From Candidatus Obscuribacteraceae bacterium (lineage in GTDB: Bacteria; Cyanobacteriota; Vampirovibrionia; Obscuribacterales; Obscuribacteraceae), in contig JBGASG010000016.1 in the NCBI GenBank assembly GCA_044229845.1, forward strand, positions 1-50,414: a DNA stretch of 50,414 nt, read 5' to 3'. The translations under genes and the position numbers were made by a program. Below, one piece after another: positions 10,101 through 18,053 of the stretch (its first letter is position 1; every line of letters begins with the position of its first letter). Under the pieces are notes generated by a model. It searched no databases. It had not been told where the DNA came from and saw nothing but the letters and a program-made list of their open reading frames with translations.

Positions 10101-11739
10101 CGTTGAGACCTTCGTGTCTGTCGACGCCGTCGCCTTGCCCGGCGCAAAGATCCAGGCGCTCGCCATCGCTGCCCAAACCGTGGAACCCCGCGCCCGCATC
10201 CTTGTCATTGACGATATTGAAAGTCCTGGGAGGCGGTCCGTTGAGCGCGACGTCGCCGTTGTCCTTCATGGTACCGATTGCGGTATCAGACTTGTCGAAG
10301 ATGATGCCTTTATCGACGCGTCCCTGCGCATAGCCATCGGCGTCTTTCCAGACCGCAACTCCAGTGCCGCGATCTCCCTCGCGAGGCGGAGTGGGAGCCA
10401 GGTCTTCGCGCGCTTCTTTATCTGTGAGCGTGCCGACTGTGTACTCGTTCTTGAGAGTGGCGACGGAGAGAAACGCGAATGCGAGAAGCTTGTCCTCGGG
10501 CAAAAGTCCGGTCGTGTCGCCGTGCACTTTCAGCGGCTTGCCTATTTCATCGAATGAGAACTGCAGCTCGCCGTTGAGTGTCGAGTCCTTGTATTCCATA
10601 CCGACAGGCTTGCCGGTAGCATCGAAGGTGCAATTGGTTGTGGCGACGGTTTTACCGCCCTTGATCTGCTCGAGTATGACCGACTGGATGCCCTGCTGCA
10701 GATCGAGCGTTTTGACGCATCGGCTATCGAGACGCGACACGCCGTCTTCGAGGTCGAAACGTTCGTGGGTTTCGACCAGACTTCCGCCTCGCTCTGCATA
10801 TGAAATTTCCTCGCGCACGCGAGGCTTGTCCAGTTCCATGCGTTGTGCGTCATCGAATATCTTAGTTTCGACCGGGCGGTTGCATTCATCCAATTGGACG
10901 GCGACCACCGGCATGTCTTTTGGTGATTGCCCGTCCTTTGGTGTTATGTGTTGGTATTCGATTCTGCCGTAGGCTGTTCCATCGTTTCTCATCAAAGTCT
11001 TGTCGACGCGCAGCCCGTCCATGGTGCTGCGCGTCACGGACTGGTGCCCATCCGGACTTACCTCGTGACGCACGTGCAATTCCGTACCCAGTGGTGTATC
11101 ACCGCGCACGGTGCGCAATGTTTCTCGGTACGCCGCCACCATGTTGCCGGTTTTTTGATCGATGCGCAGCTGGACGCCGTCAGTTGCTTCCAGGCGTGCC
11201 ACCATGTTCCAGGAGGAATTGTCGACGACGGCAATCGCCTTCGGTTTGGTGGCATCGCTGCCCTCTCCGTAGACGATTGTGGTGATTAAACCACTTTTGC
11301 TCTCAATCTCGTTAATGCGTCCCTGTTCGTCATAGCGGAACTGGCGTCCCGTCTTCTTGTCGAAATAGTCGGTGACGCCCTTCTGCGCCCGCGCCTCAGG
11401 GGTCATCTTGTCGGCGTTTTCCGCGGTTTTGTGCGGTCTGTCTACGCCCAGGAGCTGTTTGCCCTTGTTTTCCAGGGCGTGTTTAATGTTTGAGAAACTG
11501 AACTTGTCGTCTTTGACCGCCACCGCCGGACTGGGGGCGTCCTTTGCTTTCGACTCGTCCGTGTTGGCGCGCACGGGGGCGTCCTTTTCCTTTTGGGCAG
11601 CGGGTGTCCCGGAGCCGTAAACCTCCGTGTGTGCCGGTTCGCTCTTGCGTGCGCCGCCGTCGCCAGTTGCCTCTTTCGTGGCATCGTTGCCCTTCTTGCC
11701 CGCCTCGCCCTTTTTAGCGTTATCCTTGCTCTCGTTCAT
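4189..11739 (-). CDS. Giant 2516-aa multidomain effector-like protein: YD/beta repeats, hydrophobic hairpin, GGDEF + degenerate GGDEF, HExxH zinc metallopeptidase
   Basis: FRYDEQGRINEI; VAVITLVSIVTAGAGSAVSAAGLTG…GVSVVGGGLVSG; RTEDTFGRFGGDEY (6688-6702); DPNHFKLANDGAGHATGD; VVYHEFFHAEQ (5095-5109). Confidence 0.85.
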   Translation of the reverse strand: MNESKDNAKKGEAGKKGNDATKEATGDGGARKSEPAHTEVYGSGTPAAQKEKDAPVRANTDESKAKDAPSPAVAVKDDKFSFSNIKHALENKGKQLLGVDRPHKTAENADKMTPEARAQKGVTDYFDKKTGRQFRYDEQGRINEIESKSGLITTIVYGEGSDATKPKAIAVVDNSSWNMVARLEATDGVQLRIDQKTGNMVAAYRETLRTVRGDTPLGTELHVRHEVSPDGHQSVTRSTMDGLRVDKTLMRNDGTAYGRIEYQHITPKDGQSPKDMPVVAVQLDECNRPVETKIFDDAQRMELDKPRVREEISYAERGGSLVETHERFDLEDGVSRLDSRCVKTLDLQQGIQSVILEQIKGGKTVATTNCTFDATGKPVGMEYKDSTLNGELQFSFDEIGKPLKVHGDTTGLLPEDKLLAFAFLSVATLKNEYTVGTLTDKEAREDLAPTPPREGDRGTGVAVWKDADGYAQGRVDKGIIFDKSDTAIGTMKDNGDVALNGPPPRTFNIVNDKDAGAGFHGLGSDGERLDLCAGQGDGVDRHEGLNGVLAQYSPDGVPSGEVLVVGGNMFDEHNQFIGHVDEFGKVTFPNDREPRQDAGTDLNSILKDGYVFNGNQNGKPLQFDVDNLSTGRIFIPQLDAQTGQPKLDANGNLLPPMEYTIRLGAVIDTKSGEQIAKYVPPADLGDRLEGGSLVMGNPPRVVPLGSIPNLVFDVHIQGQASGRTVSGLSLGPGDGPDGYGGGLINLNHSLALTAQWHDEAVKQSGGTEEDKVTIDLSVKAQTRARALHDEIVTTGVVTPDVLRKLNSQMARDNNLLAGDDSLIRLRSRMDHPVYKLESITGPVDGYGWLPDAKSKDGVARVEIKQNLLYKPGSDNAIGSIDPRDGSLKFLDARGQVIHSNMKEVPGAVWHFTYQKDGKQEESNWFTTRGGQIRSEHDLKEKMQSELNYANQIHNQSKTEEAGQALDRTIKLTIRYRDGLDKAVKEGIPINADGTVAAGSALELVEGGPRQFVRAEYYREKQPPPTVLPLKELTAEQCTRTDGTMRLGEDLFKIEQGKLRRMSMQDGQLVEGDLCGSWEPNYKIKVDGREIDLRNQNQVVIEFKTAGDDHQYRIFGRGHARTEADGRFNAGGLVDADQVIQEMRRAKDAAENGNMQYFREKSWVLGTTANWYKGDQEGQMDAILSTIEKEMGAANKEVSQLFGDGLELKITNNHLDHNTVALDRFCNDMNVSSQDVLKRAGEATQTQKQADNVAVITLVSIVTAGAGSAVSAAGLTGMTAVGTELGVSVVGGGLVSGMVRHREQNTFSQDGMNVLSGGMEALAMAGGGRLAQLGKELQALKAAKVAGTLTPQQAEMLARYTMLSRTVDVMSRNRFVADVVPGLVRPTNAMMQSTLFMGAHALREPQSSEFTVQNWMMSSTWMLGGEYASATMRGLTSWGKLTEPQLLAVQKAGGTPFVPQWHMTSPLGRFGEHMAEHLPTNAVNNFFYGGLDAAPQAVQAERMRVSGKTRLPVEIVSDEFMARHGNYYNIFADMQQAALDSALTAPVVTAGSYAGKLGVEIVRDVPVHYWEQKFRTAQNKAEIDPATGAPNKPGIQRQLLDYIEEYKRRGPIEEDGTIMGVDEAGNRFVKYKPPCLLFKDVTKLGDLNAAQGKEQGDKVLKLISETIQARTRTEDTFGRFGGDEYVTILRDCLDPAAVGRPVAELKCVAYPGHDPYLLKPGETFEPFLKDSKGNLVLDAEGNHIKGNMVTVTVGAVYWKPGQSVSEFIEASDKAMYMNKQAGHSNQILYDQSVLPPAELPTPAQRERENQLGFYRELNERSKDFRSRKLNDAEIRTYKQVLIEGHKFFERFAVEHPAHKLLTEFYTDIALEKEVAHANRHQLQPTLVKLDPNHFKLANDGAGHATGDDVLMYEGDHVRKITRQGDLVGSQGLAALIVARHANDVSRLLNAAGEFLLAVGPDGIRPIESISELREVNLDGLTGKALEVFGQRKLEIPVSFAVGVAKYEPGMTVEQWKAAAEESLKECKTRQMLSGERLPRTADEEAMLEEYKRTANPMLNQEGDTGKPIDISNLSEQQLKTFLEGKLRLRERVIKEDGTETIIDHPLIRDEVADDFISRSYEVMKKWPAISQMEDSAIVEAVLKKRTPELAQLVSDFGHEHKLGMPPINIVVNDKLLIQMNARATHLAGTNTIFVRSSDLLRPDPEFIGVVYHEFFHAEQDKAMLNATAVDLLQRVPPAERMAALSNIKVQYDIVKAYLEATGKNSSGDRSTELGWATSVFSRADNRKWIEERVNLDAKLLKKDTAYARADKLRKSFKEGRDYSETMAIVQKQISELPRLCKEELFGDDPDAFLKRLADEKDPTFRTEIYGYDLLGENFDKRDAVFTDLLQTNPEFGLAIQKGQREQWMAMLLEHTNKLRAEGVIVPEMPRSNVMLTRLELKGLLHMMQIDGWTLNSDNYQLYDDRLRENLSTVLDDAHIRLRHLEFSQYEGTQAELETFFVMKQVQRKTKERSISFH

Positions 11740-11961
11740 ACTGGATTCGGCAGCCTCGCTCGTTAGTCATGTCCCCTGGGGCGGCAACTTACCAACCGTC
11801 GCCTTCGCTGTTCGTTGATGCCCAGACTGCGCTGGAATCGTCCGGTTGGCAGGGCTTGAATTGTGGTGGCAGGGATGCCATCGATCGGAGTAACGATTTG
11901 GTCGAGCCGGTATCTCAGGTGGTATCACGACATCGCGCCCGCTCGACTGTACCAACTGGCG

Positions 11962-12486
11962 CTACTTCCTGCGCGGCTGTCCTTCGCAAAGTTTGCCGTA
12001 AACGACGCGCTGCAAATCGCCGGGGATAAAGCGCTGCACCATATTGGGTGGCAGATCCTGCCCTTCGGTCAATAGGTTGACCATCGTTTCGAATTGTGCT
12101 GACTTGAGTGTCAATGCTGTCTGCGGACGCAATTGCCCACGCTCGACGAGGTCATTGATATCGTTGGTGGTTTGCCTGCTCGCCCAGTTCTTGATCTGCT
12201 GGCCAGTCAATTCGAATGGGCCGACCGTCGCTGGGTTGCCATCGACGCCAGCGCGTGTGCGGTAATACACCGGATCATCCAACTCGGGAGCCTTGCCGAA
12301 CATTCCGACCGGATACACTTCGATGGGGCGACCACCGCCGCCCTGCTGGCGCTCGTCGACGGCGCGCTCGCCCGGTCCAGGACCGCCGCTGCTGCGCGCG
12401 TCAGGAAGGCTGTCACCGGCACCATTGGGGTCTTGTTCCCCACTGCATGCGAATCTTGATTTTCCAGCATCGTTATCGAAACCCAT
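11962..12486 (-). CDS. Hypothetical protein with Gly-rich disordered N-terminus
   Basis: 174-aa ORF co-oriented with, and lying between, the two large genes; GGGG purine tract before ATG. Confidence 0.65.
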   Translation of the reverse strand: MGFDNDAGKSRFACSGEQDPNGAGDSLPDARSSGGPGPGERAVDERQQGGGGRPIEVYPVGMFGKAPELDDPVYYRTRAGVDGNPATVGPFELTGQQIKNWASRQTTNDINDLVERGQLRPQTALTLKSAQFETMVNLLTEGQDLPPNMVQRFIPGDLQRVVYGKLCEGQPRRK

Positions 12487-12551
12487 ATCTACCCCTATCT
12501 GTTCCCACTAATTTCACTGAAGCAAAAATATTCCTCGGCATCCCCAGGCAT

Positions 12552-15500
12552 CTAATGATTCCCGCACATACAGCCCGGGTCGTGTGACGGCAGCACAGTA
12601 GCGTCCGGAGTGTTTTGCTTGTTCTGAAGCTTACCGCCTCCGGGTTTTACCTCGTTTGAGTGTTTTGTTCGTTGTTGCTGTTGTTGCTGCAATTTTTGTT
12701 GTTCTGCCGCCGCTCGTGCCGCCGGCAATGTTGCTTCGAAGTCAGCGACCGCCTTGCGATTGGCCTCGTTGTTTTCTCCAACCGTTCCGTCGGGCAGTCT
12801 GATGTACTTGGAAGTGCCGTCGGGATTTCTTCCATATCTCGGGTCGGAGTCCAGTTCGGCCTGGTCGAACTTCTTCGTCGACTCGTAGTTTTTCGGATCG
12901 ACGACATACAACCTCGTGCGGTCCGCGACCGACGACCTGTAGTTGCGAATCGACTCCGCGCTGCCTTCCCACGGGCGGGTGAAATAGTCTTTGACGCTGC
13001 TTGGTTTGACGTCGGCATTATCACGCATTTGCGAGTTGCTCTGGTTGGCTGCCTGCGGGTCGCCCCAGCCGCTGGCGAGCGTGCCGTCGGTCTTCAGAGG
13101 ACGTCCCTGGTCGTCGACACGAGTCCATGTTCCATGCCACGGTTGATCTGGACCTTGCGCCCAGTACTTGCCGTCCTTATCCCTGAATTGCCACTGCTCG
13201 CCACCATCAGGCGTGCTCACCTTGCGGTAGCCAAGTTCAGCGTAGTGTCTGTCGAGAGCCGCTTTGTCACGGGTCTCCATCGTGTGTTGCGCGTTATGCG
13301 CCCACTCGTGCAAGATGTTGTCTTTGATGATCGTGTAATCGCGTTGCACAGGCTCGAAGAGAATGCGCTGTTGGTCGCCTTTGGGCAGTACGTATGCAGC
13401 TGCGGCGGAAGTCGGTTCTACGGCGAATTGAACCAGTATGGGTTTGCCGTTCAGCGTCGTGGTGCTCGGTTGCGATTTCGCCAGTCCCTCCTCCATCGCC
13501 ATCAATTCGTTGACGCGCGGGCTTCTGAGGTTTACTTCGCGACCCAACGGCGAGTCTTTCTGTCCGTCGCGACTGAACTGGACGTTGTACTTCTGTTCCA
13601 GCTCCTTCATCTTGGTGTCTTGCCATTCTTTGAGACGTCGCTCAACCTCAGCCGGGTTGTCGCTGTTGGTATCTAGAACTGGCAGTTTGGCGCCGTTTTC
13701 GCCTTCTACGTAGTACTTGCGAACAGTGGTGCCGTCGGGTTGTTTGACCTCGTCGAACTTGACACCATATTTCGCATTGAGACTATCAAGGGTGGGAGCT
13801 CTATCGGTGAGCGCTCGCTCCAGTTTCTTCAGCTGGTCTTCAGGGAAGCCGCCTTTCTGCAGATCGTCGATAGCTTGCTGCTGGATGTCGTCCATCTTGT
13901 TGAGCGGAACACCCTGCTGACGAGCACGCTCTCTGAACTCGTCGATCAACTTGTTTGCCTTCGCGACATCTTCCGGGCGATCGAAGTTTTTGAGAACCTC
14001 GGTGCGCAGGTGCGACTCGGTAAGCAGATCGAGGGCTTCCGCGGTGTTGCCGCGCTTGAGCGGATTCCATTCTTGACCGCGTAACTTGTCCGAGAGGGAC
14101 TGACCGTACATTTTTTTGTACTGCTCGTCCAACGCCACTCGATCTTGGTGAGACATACTTTTGAGCGTGTCTTTGAGATCCGAATTGGTGGTGAAGAACC
14201 AGTTCGTCTCGTGCATTTTTGCTGCAATCGCGCGCAACTCGGCTTCAGTCTTGTCGGTGGTAGTCCGGTTGCCGCTGGTGTAATCGGTCTGGATCTTGCC
14301 GTTTTTGTCGGTGTACTGGAGAGTGCCGTCCGGTTTCACAGAGACGTGATCGATGGTAGAGCCGTCTGCCGCCGTGAAGCTGCCGAAACGAATGACGCCC
14401 AGTAAATCCAAGGTCGCCTTGTAGTTGTATTCTTTTCCGTCTGCGTCGGTTACGCGGTTCAGTCTGCCCCAGCCGTCGTACCCGAAAGTAGCTCGCCGTC
14501 CGTCTGGATAGGTGACCTCGGTGACGTTGCCGTCTGCGTTCTTCTTAACGAACGATCCGTCACCTTTGGCGGTGTTCGACGTGCGGTCTGTGAGTGTGGT
14601 GACGACATTGTTCTGCGCGTCGGTAATCGTAAAGGAACCATCCCTGCCGACCCGCGGATTTTTCATGCCGGTGGACTTGCCGTCTGGTCCCCAGACTTCG
14701 CCGAGATCGCGGACATCATAGCGCTTGCCGTTTTCGGTGTAGGACCTCAGTTTGCCGGTGGTGTCATACGAGAACGTGCGCGTGTCGCCATTCGGATACC
14801 TGACTTCGGTGACCCGGTCTTTATCGTCCGACTTGATGACGGCACCGTCCTTGGTGGTGACCTCTTTGGTGCCGTCCGGCGGTATTTTTACTTTGCTGCC
14901 GTCGTTGGTTTCGTAGGTGAAGGTGCCGTCGGCGGCGACTGCGGGATTTTTAAAATCCAGATCGCGGGGTGCACTGTAGCGGCCATTATCGCTGGGGGCG
15001 AAAATGCCTCCGCCGATGCCCGCGGCGGCGGCACCGGCATCCGTCCCCGGGCTGGAGCCCGGTTTCGGGTTGGGCGGCTGCTCACCAGGCCTTTGCTTTT
15101 GTTCAATCGACCATTTGCCGTCGGCGCCCAGCACATAGACCTGCCCGTCCGGCTGGACAATGCGGTTCATTTGACCCGAATTGGGGTCATAGCCGAACTG
15201 GCGGGTGCGCCCATCGGGATATGAAACCTCAGTGACTCGCCCTTTGTCGTCGGTTTTAATGTTCTTGCTGGTGTCGGTGCCGTCTGTGAGGGCGAACTTG
15301 ACGGCCTGTTCCAGAGCGGCGCCCACTTTGGCGCCCACTTCGAAGGCGGTCGGTTCCACAAAGCCGGCGGCGAAGCCCATCAGATCGACGGACGGAAAGC
15401 CGTTCGGTAATTTGGCGGCGCCATCGTTGTTGGACTTTAGAAGGTCGGTGTTGGCTTTCGAGGTCAGGTCACTGGCATTGGTCAAAGCGGCATCAGTGCT

Positions 15501-15620
15501 CGTCACGGCGAGCACGTCCGCCCTCTCCAGACGAGGGTCAGCGCCCACCTGCGGCGGATCGACAGTGTCCTCAGCCGGGTGCGGCCGTTTTACCACAGTT
15601 TCCGAAACTTCGGAGCCCAT
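12552..15620 (-). CDS. YD/RHS-repeat protein with annexin-like segment and HExxH zinc metallopeptidase domain
   Basis: Three modules of type GRVTEVSYPDGRTRQFGYD; LKSMSHQDRVALDEQYKKMYGQSLSDKL; ILHEWAH (13296-13310) with downstream YFTRPWEGSAE. Confidence 0.85.
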   Translation of the reverse strand: MGSEVSETVVKRPHPAEDTVDPPQVGADPRLERADVLAVTSTDAALTNASDLTSKANTDLLKSNNDGAAKLPNGFPSVDLMGFAAGFVEPTAFEVGAKVGAALEQAVKFALTDGTDTSKNIKTDDKGRVTEVSYPDGRTRQFGYDPNSGQMNRIVQPDGQVYVLGADGKWSIEQKQRPGEQPPNPKPGSSPGTDAGAAAAGIGGGIFAPSDNGRYSAPRDLDFKNPAVAADGTFTYETNDGSKVKIPPDGTKEVTTKDGAVIKSDDKDRVTEVRYPNGDTRTFSYDTTGKLRSYTENGKRYDVRDLGEVWGPDGKSTGMKNPRVGRDGSFTITDAQNNVVTTLTDRTSNTAKGDGSFVKKNADGNVTEVTYPDGRRATFGYDGWGRLNRVTDADGKEYNYKATLDLLGVIRFGSFTAADGSTIDHVSVKPDGTLQYTDKNGKIQTDYTSGNRTTTDKTEAELRAIAAKMHETNWFFTTNSDLKDTLKSMSHQDRVALDEQYKKMYGQSLSDKLRGQEWNPLKRGNTAEALDLLTESHLRTEVLKNFDRPEDVAKANKLIDEFRERARQQGVPLNKMDDIQQQAIDDLQKGGFPEDQLKKLERALTDRAPTLDSLNAKYGVKFDEVKQPDGTTVRKYYVEGENGAKLPVLDTNSDNPAEVERRLKEWQDTKMKELEQKYNVQFSRDGQKDSPLGREVNLRSPRVNELMAMEEGLAKSQPSTTTLNGKPILVQFAVEPTSAAAAYVLPKGDQQRILFEPVQRDYTIIKDNILHEWAHNAQHTMETRDKAALDRHYAELGYRKVSTPDGGEQWQFRDKDGKYWAQGPDQPWHGTWTRVDDQGRPLKTDGTLASGWGDPQAANQSNSQMRDNADVKPSSVKDYFTRPWEGSAESIRNYRSSVADRTRLYVVDPKNYESTKKFDQAELDSDPRYGRNPDGTSKYIRLPDGTVGENNEANRKAVADFEATLPAARAAAEQQKLQQQQQQRTKHSNEVKPGGGKLQNKQNTPDATVLPSHDPGCMCGNH

Positions 15621-15648
15621 AGAGCTATCCTGGTCAGTCTATGGTTTA

Positions 15649-15713
15649 TATACCCACCACGTATCAGAAGCTCGTCTACGCGATTGAAGACCGAATCTGC
15701 AGGTGTGGGTATA
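15649..15713. promoter_or_regulatory. Inverted GTGGGTATA motifs in the divergent intergenic region (putative back-to-back promoter elements or operator)
   Basis: TATACCCAC at 15649-15657 and GTGGGTATA at 15705-15713, perfect 9-bp arms 47 nt apart, each pointing at one divergent gene. Confidence 0.45.
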
Positions 15714-15750
15714 GATAAAAGCGGAGAGTTCCTGCCGACTCGGACACGAA

Positions 15751-18051
15751 ATGACCAATCAGCCTGTCGAACCAGCCCAGACTGAGGGCACGGCGCAGCC
15801 TGCTTCCGCCGGAACTCCGACTCGAATCGTCTGGTGGATGGTATTTGTCTGTGGGGCGCTGGCCAGTGTCGCCTCCAGTTGCGTCTGTCTGGCAAACCAT
15901 TTTGCTTCGGTCGGTTCGGCCTTGCTTAAACTCAGTCCCCAGGTCCAGAACAGTCATTACGGATTGCCTCACGGCGAAGTCTGGAGCTTGCTGTTTGCGC
16001 TTCTGTTGCTGCCCGTCTTCGCGGTCGGACTGAAGCTGAGGGTATTTGGCGGTGCTGTTTCCCGCCTGCTGATTTATGTCATTGCCACGCTGGCACTTTG
16101 GGGACCCGCGTGCATACTCGTGTTCAATTCAAGCAGACTTCTGTCCCCGTTTCTGTTGGCGATCGCGGCGGCTCTCTCGGCCAGTTGCGGCTATCTCTGG
16201 GTTCTGGCTGTGGCGCGACGTCGATTTGCGGAGAAAAGCCTGCGCGGCAAACTGTTCTGGCACGATGTGAGCTACTGGAGCGCTGTTGCATTGATCTGGT
16301 TCTTCATCATGCTGGCTGTGGTGCCGCCCGGATCGTTGGCGCACCAGCTGGCGATCTGGCTCGGTGACGCGTGGAATCAGTCCCACCCGGGTGCGTTCAA
16401 TTTTAACAACCCTACTTATCTCTGGTCCGTGAAGGCAGTGGTGGCATTTTTGCTTGTGGCATATCTGGCTCGTCCGGTGGCCAGGCTGGCATGGTTTGCA
16501 AGCCGGGTGCTGAAAAGGTTTTCTCTGTCTCCGCAACTCAGCAAAGTGAATGAAGCATATCTCTGGACTCTCAAGCAAGAGGCGTATCGCTTCCCTTTCA
16601 GGCATAATCGACCTTTCTTGCGTAATGCGACGCATGCCACCATATGGATGCTATTTTCTTACGTCTTGTTGTTTGTAGCCGTCCTGGTCGGTCCTTTCGA
16701 TTACATGGGCATGCACGACCAACCCAAGCTGCGATTGTTTTTGGCCGCCATGATGGCGATGTGGGGAACCGTGCCACTTGCGGTCGGGGCGTGCGTCTGG
16801 CTGCCGTTGCAAAAGCCCAGACAGGTGATTGCCACCGAAGACGGTTTTCTAGTCGACGGGGCGTTACCCTATTCGATGTTTGGAAAGCCGTTTCGCTCGT
16901 GGCAGGATGTAAAAAGCATCAGTGTCTCGAAATCACTGGTCAAGGGTAAGACTGAGCTGCGATTGACCTTTCACTCCGGAGGCTGGCTGACATTCAAAAG
17001 CACGCAGATGGAAACCAAGGACCTGCACCGGTTTCTTACTATTCTGGACGAACGTGCAGATAACTGCACATTTGATGATTCCGTCGCCGAGCTTCAAAAT
17101 CAGATAGCACAAAAGCAGCTCAGCATCACTGATGGTGCGCACGTTGAATCTGCCGATGCCACTAAATATAAGTCTACTATCTTTGTACCTCTGGTCAGCG
17201 GGCAGATGGTGCCGGGCAAGCCACTGCGCATAGTGCGACAGCTTGCATCCAAACCATTGTCCGCTGTCTATGTCGCCCGCGACGATAGGCAGCGGCTGCG
17301 TATCGTCAAGCAATTCGTGCTGCCCGTTGAGTCCGAACAGAACACGAGAATGCGTGACTTGTTTAAACGCGAGTGCGAGCTTTTGCAAAAACTGAATCAT
17401 TCATCGGTTTGCAAGGTCGTTGAAGTATTCGATCAGGGCAACGCCTGCTTTCTAGTTCTTGAGCATTCACCGGGAGAAGACTTGCTGAAACTGATCGCTC
17501 TGCACGGACCGCAGTCCGAGAAAGTTGTTGTCAACTGGGCAAAGCAGCTTTGTGCAATCATGAGCTACCTGCATGCGCAGAACGTGGTGCATCGAGATCT
17601 GACGCCAGACAATATTGTCATCGATGAAGACAACTCGTTGCGACTGATTGACTTCGGCGCAGCACATCAGTTTCTGGAAGGCGTAACGGGCACTTTAATC
17701 GGCAAGCAGTGCTATGTGGCACCAGAGCAACTGCGCGGTAAAGCTTGTCCGTCCAGTGACATCTACAGCTTCGGGGGGACTTTGTATTTTCTCTTGACGG
17801 GAAAGGAGCCACGCGCCCTGTCGTCTGCTAGTCCCCTGGAACACGTGAATGTGTCCGCAGCTCTGGACGGACTGATCAGAGAGTGTACCGACTTCGACTT
17901 CAAAAAACGCCCTCAGTCCTTCGATGTGATAGCGCATCGCCTCGCTTCGCTTGAGGAGGCACCGACCATATCGCAGGTGGAAGATGAAGGCGTAACAATC
18001 AACATTGCACGGCAAAAGCTCGTCACCGGTGAAGGTAAGGAGTTACCCTGA
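15751..18051 (+). CDS. Multi-pass membrane Hanks-type Ser/Thr protein kinase (atypical motifs)
   Basis: About 8 hydrophobic segments, a PH-like beta segment, then IVKQF, FKRECELL, VVHRDLTPDN, LIDFG, YVAPE, SDIYSFG. Confidence 0.92.
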   Translation: MTNQPVEPAQTEGTAQPASAGTPTRIVWWMVFVCGALASVASSCVCLANHFASVGSALLKLSPQVQNSHYGLPHGEVWSLLFALLLLPVFAVGLKLRVFGGAVSRLLIYVIATLALWGPACILVFNSSRLLSPFLLAIAAALSASCGYLWVLAVARRRFAEKSLRGKLFWHDVSYWSAVALIWFFIMLAVVPPGSLAHQLAIWLGDAWNQSHPGAFNFNNPTYLWSVKAVVAFLLVAYLARPVARLAWFASRVLKRFSLSPQLSKVNEAYLWTLKQEAYRFPFRHNRPFLRNATHATIWMLFSYVLLFVAVLVGPFDYMGMHDQPKLRLFLAAMMAMWGTVPLAVGACVWLPLQKPRQVIATEDGFLVDGALPYSMFGKPFRSWQDVKSISVSKSLVKGKTELRLTFHSGGWLTFKSTQMETKDLHRFLTILDERADNCTFDDSVAELQNQIAQKQLSITDGAHVESADATKYKSTIFVPLVSGQMVPGKPLRIVRQLASKPLSAVYVARDDRQRLRIVKQFVLPVESEQNTRMRDLFKRECELLQKLNHSSVCKVVEVFDQGNACFLVLEHSPGEDLLKLIALHGPQSEKVVVNWAKQLCAIMSYLHAQNVVHRDLTPDNIVIDEDNSLRLIDFGAAHQFLEGVTGTLIGKQCYVAPEQLRGKACPSSDIYSFGGTLYFLLTGKEPRALSSASPLEHVNVSAALDGLIRECTDFDFKKRPQSFDVIAHRLASLEEAPTISQVEDEGVTINIARQKLVTGEGKELP

Positions 18052-18053
18052 CG

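Noticed and set aside
11962..12486. 174-aa gene as a definite immunity protein for the upstream YD protease
   Set aside because: The position fits, but there is no recognisable immunity family motif and its disordered leader resembles those of the neighbouring large proteins; left as hypothetical.
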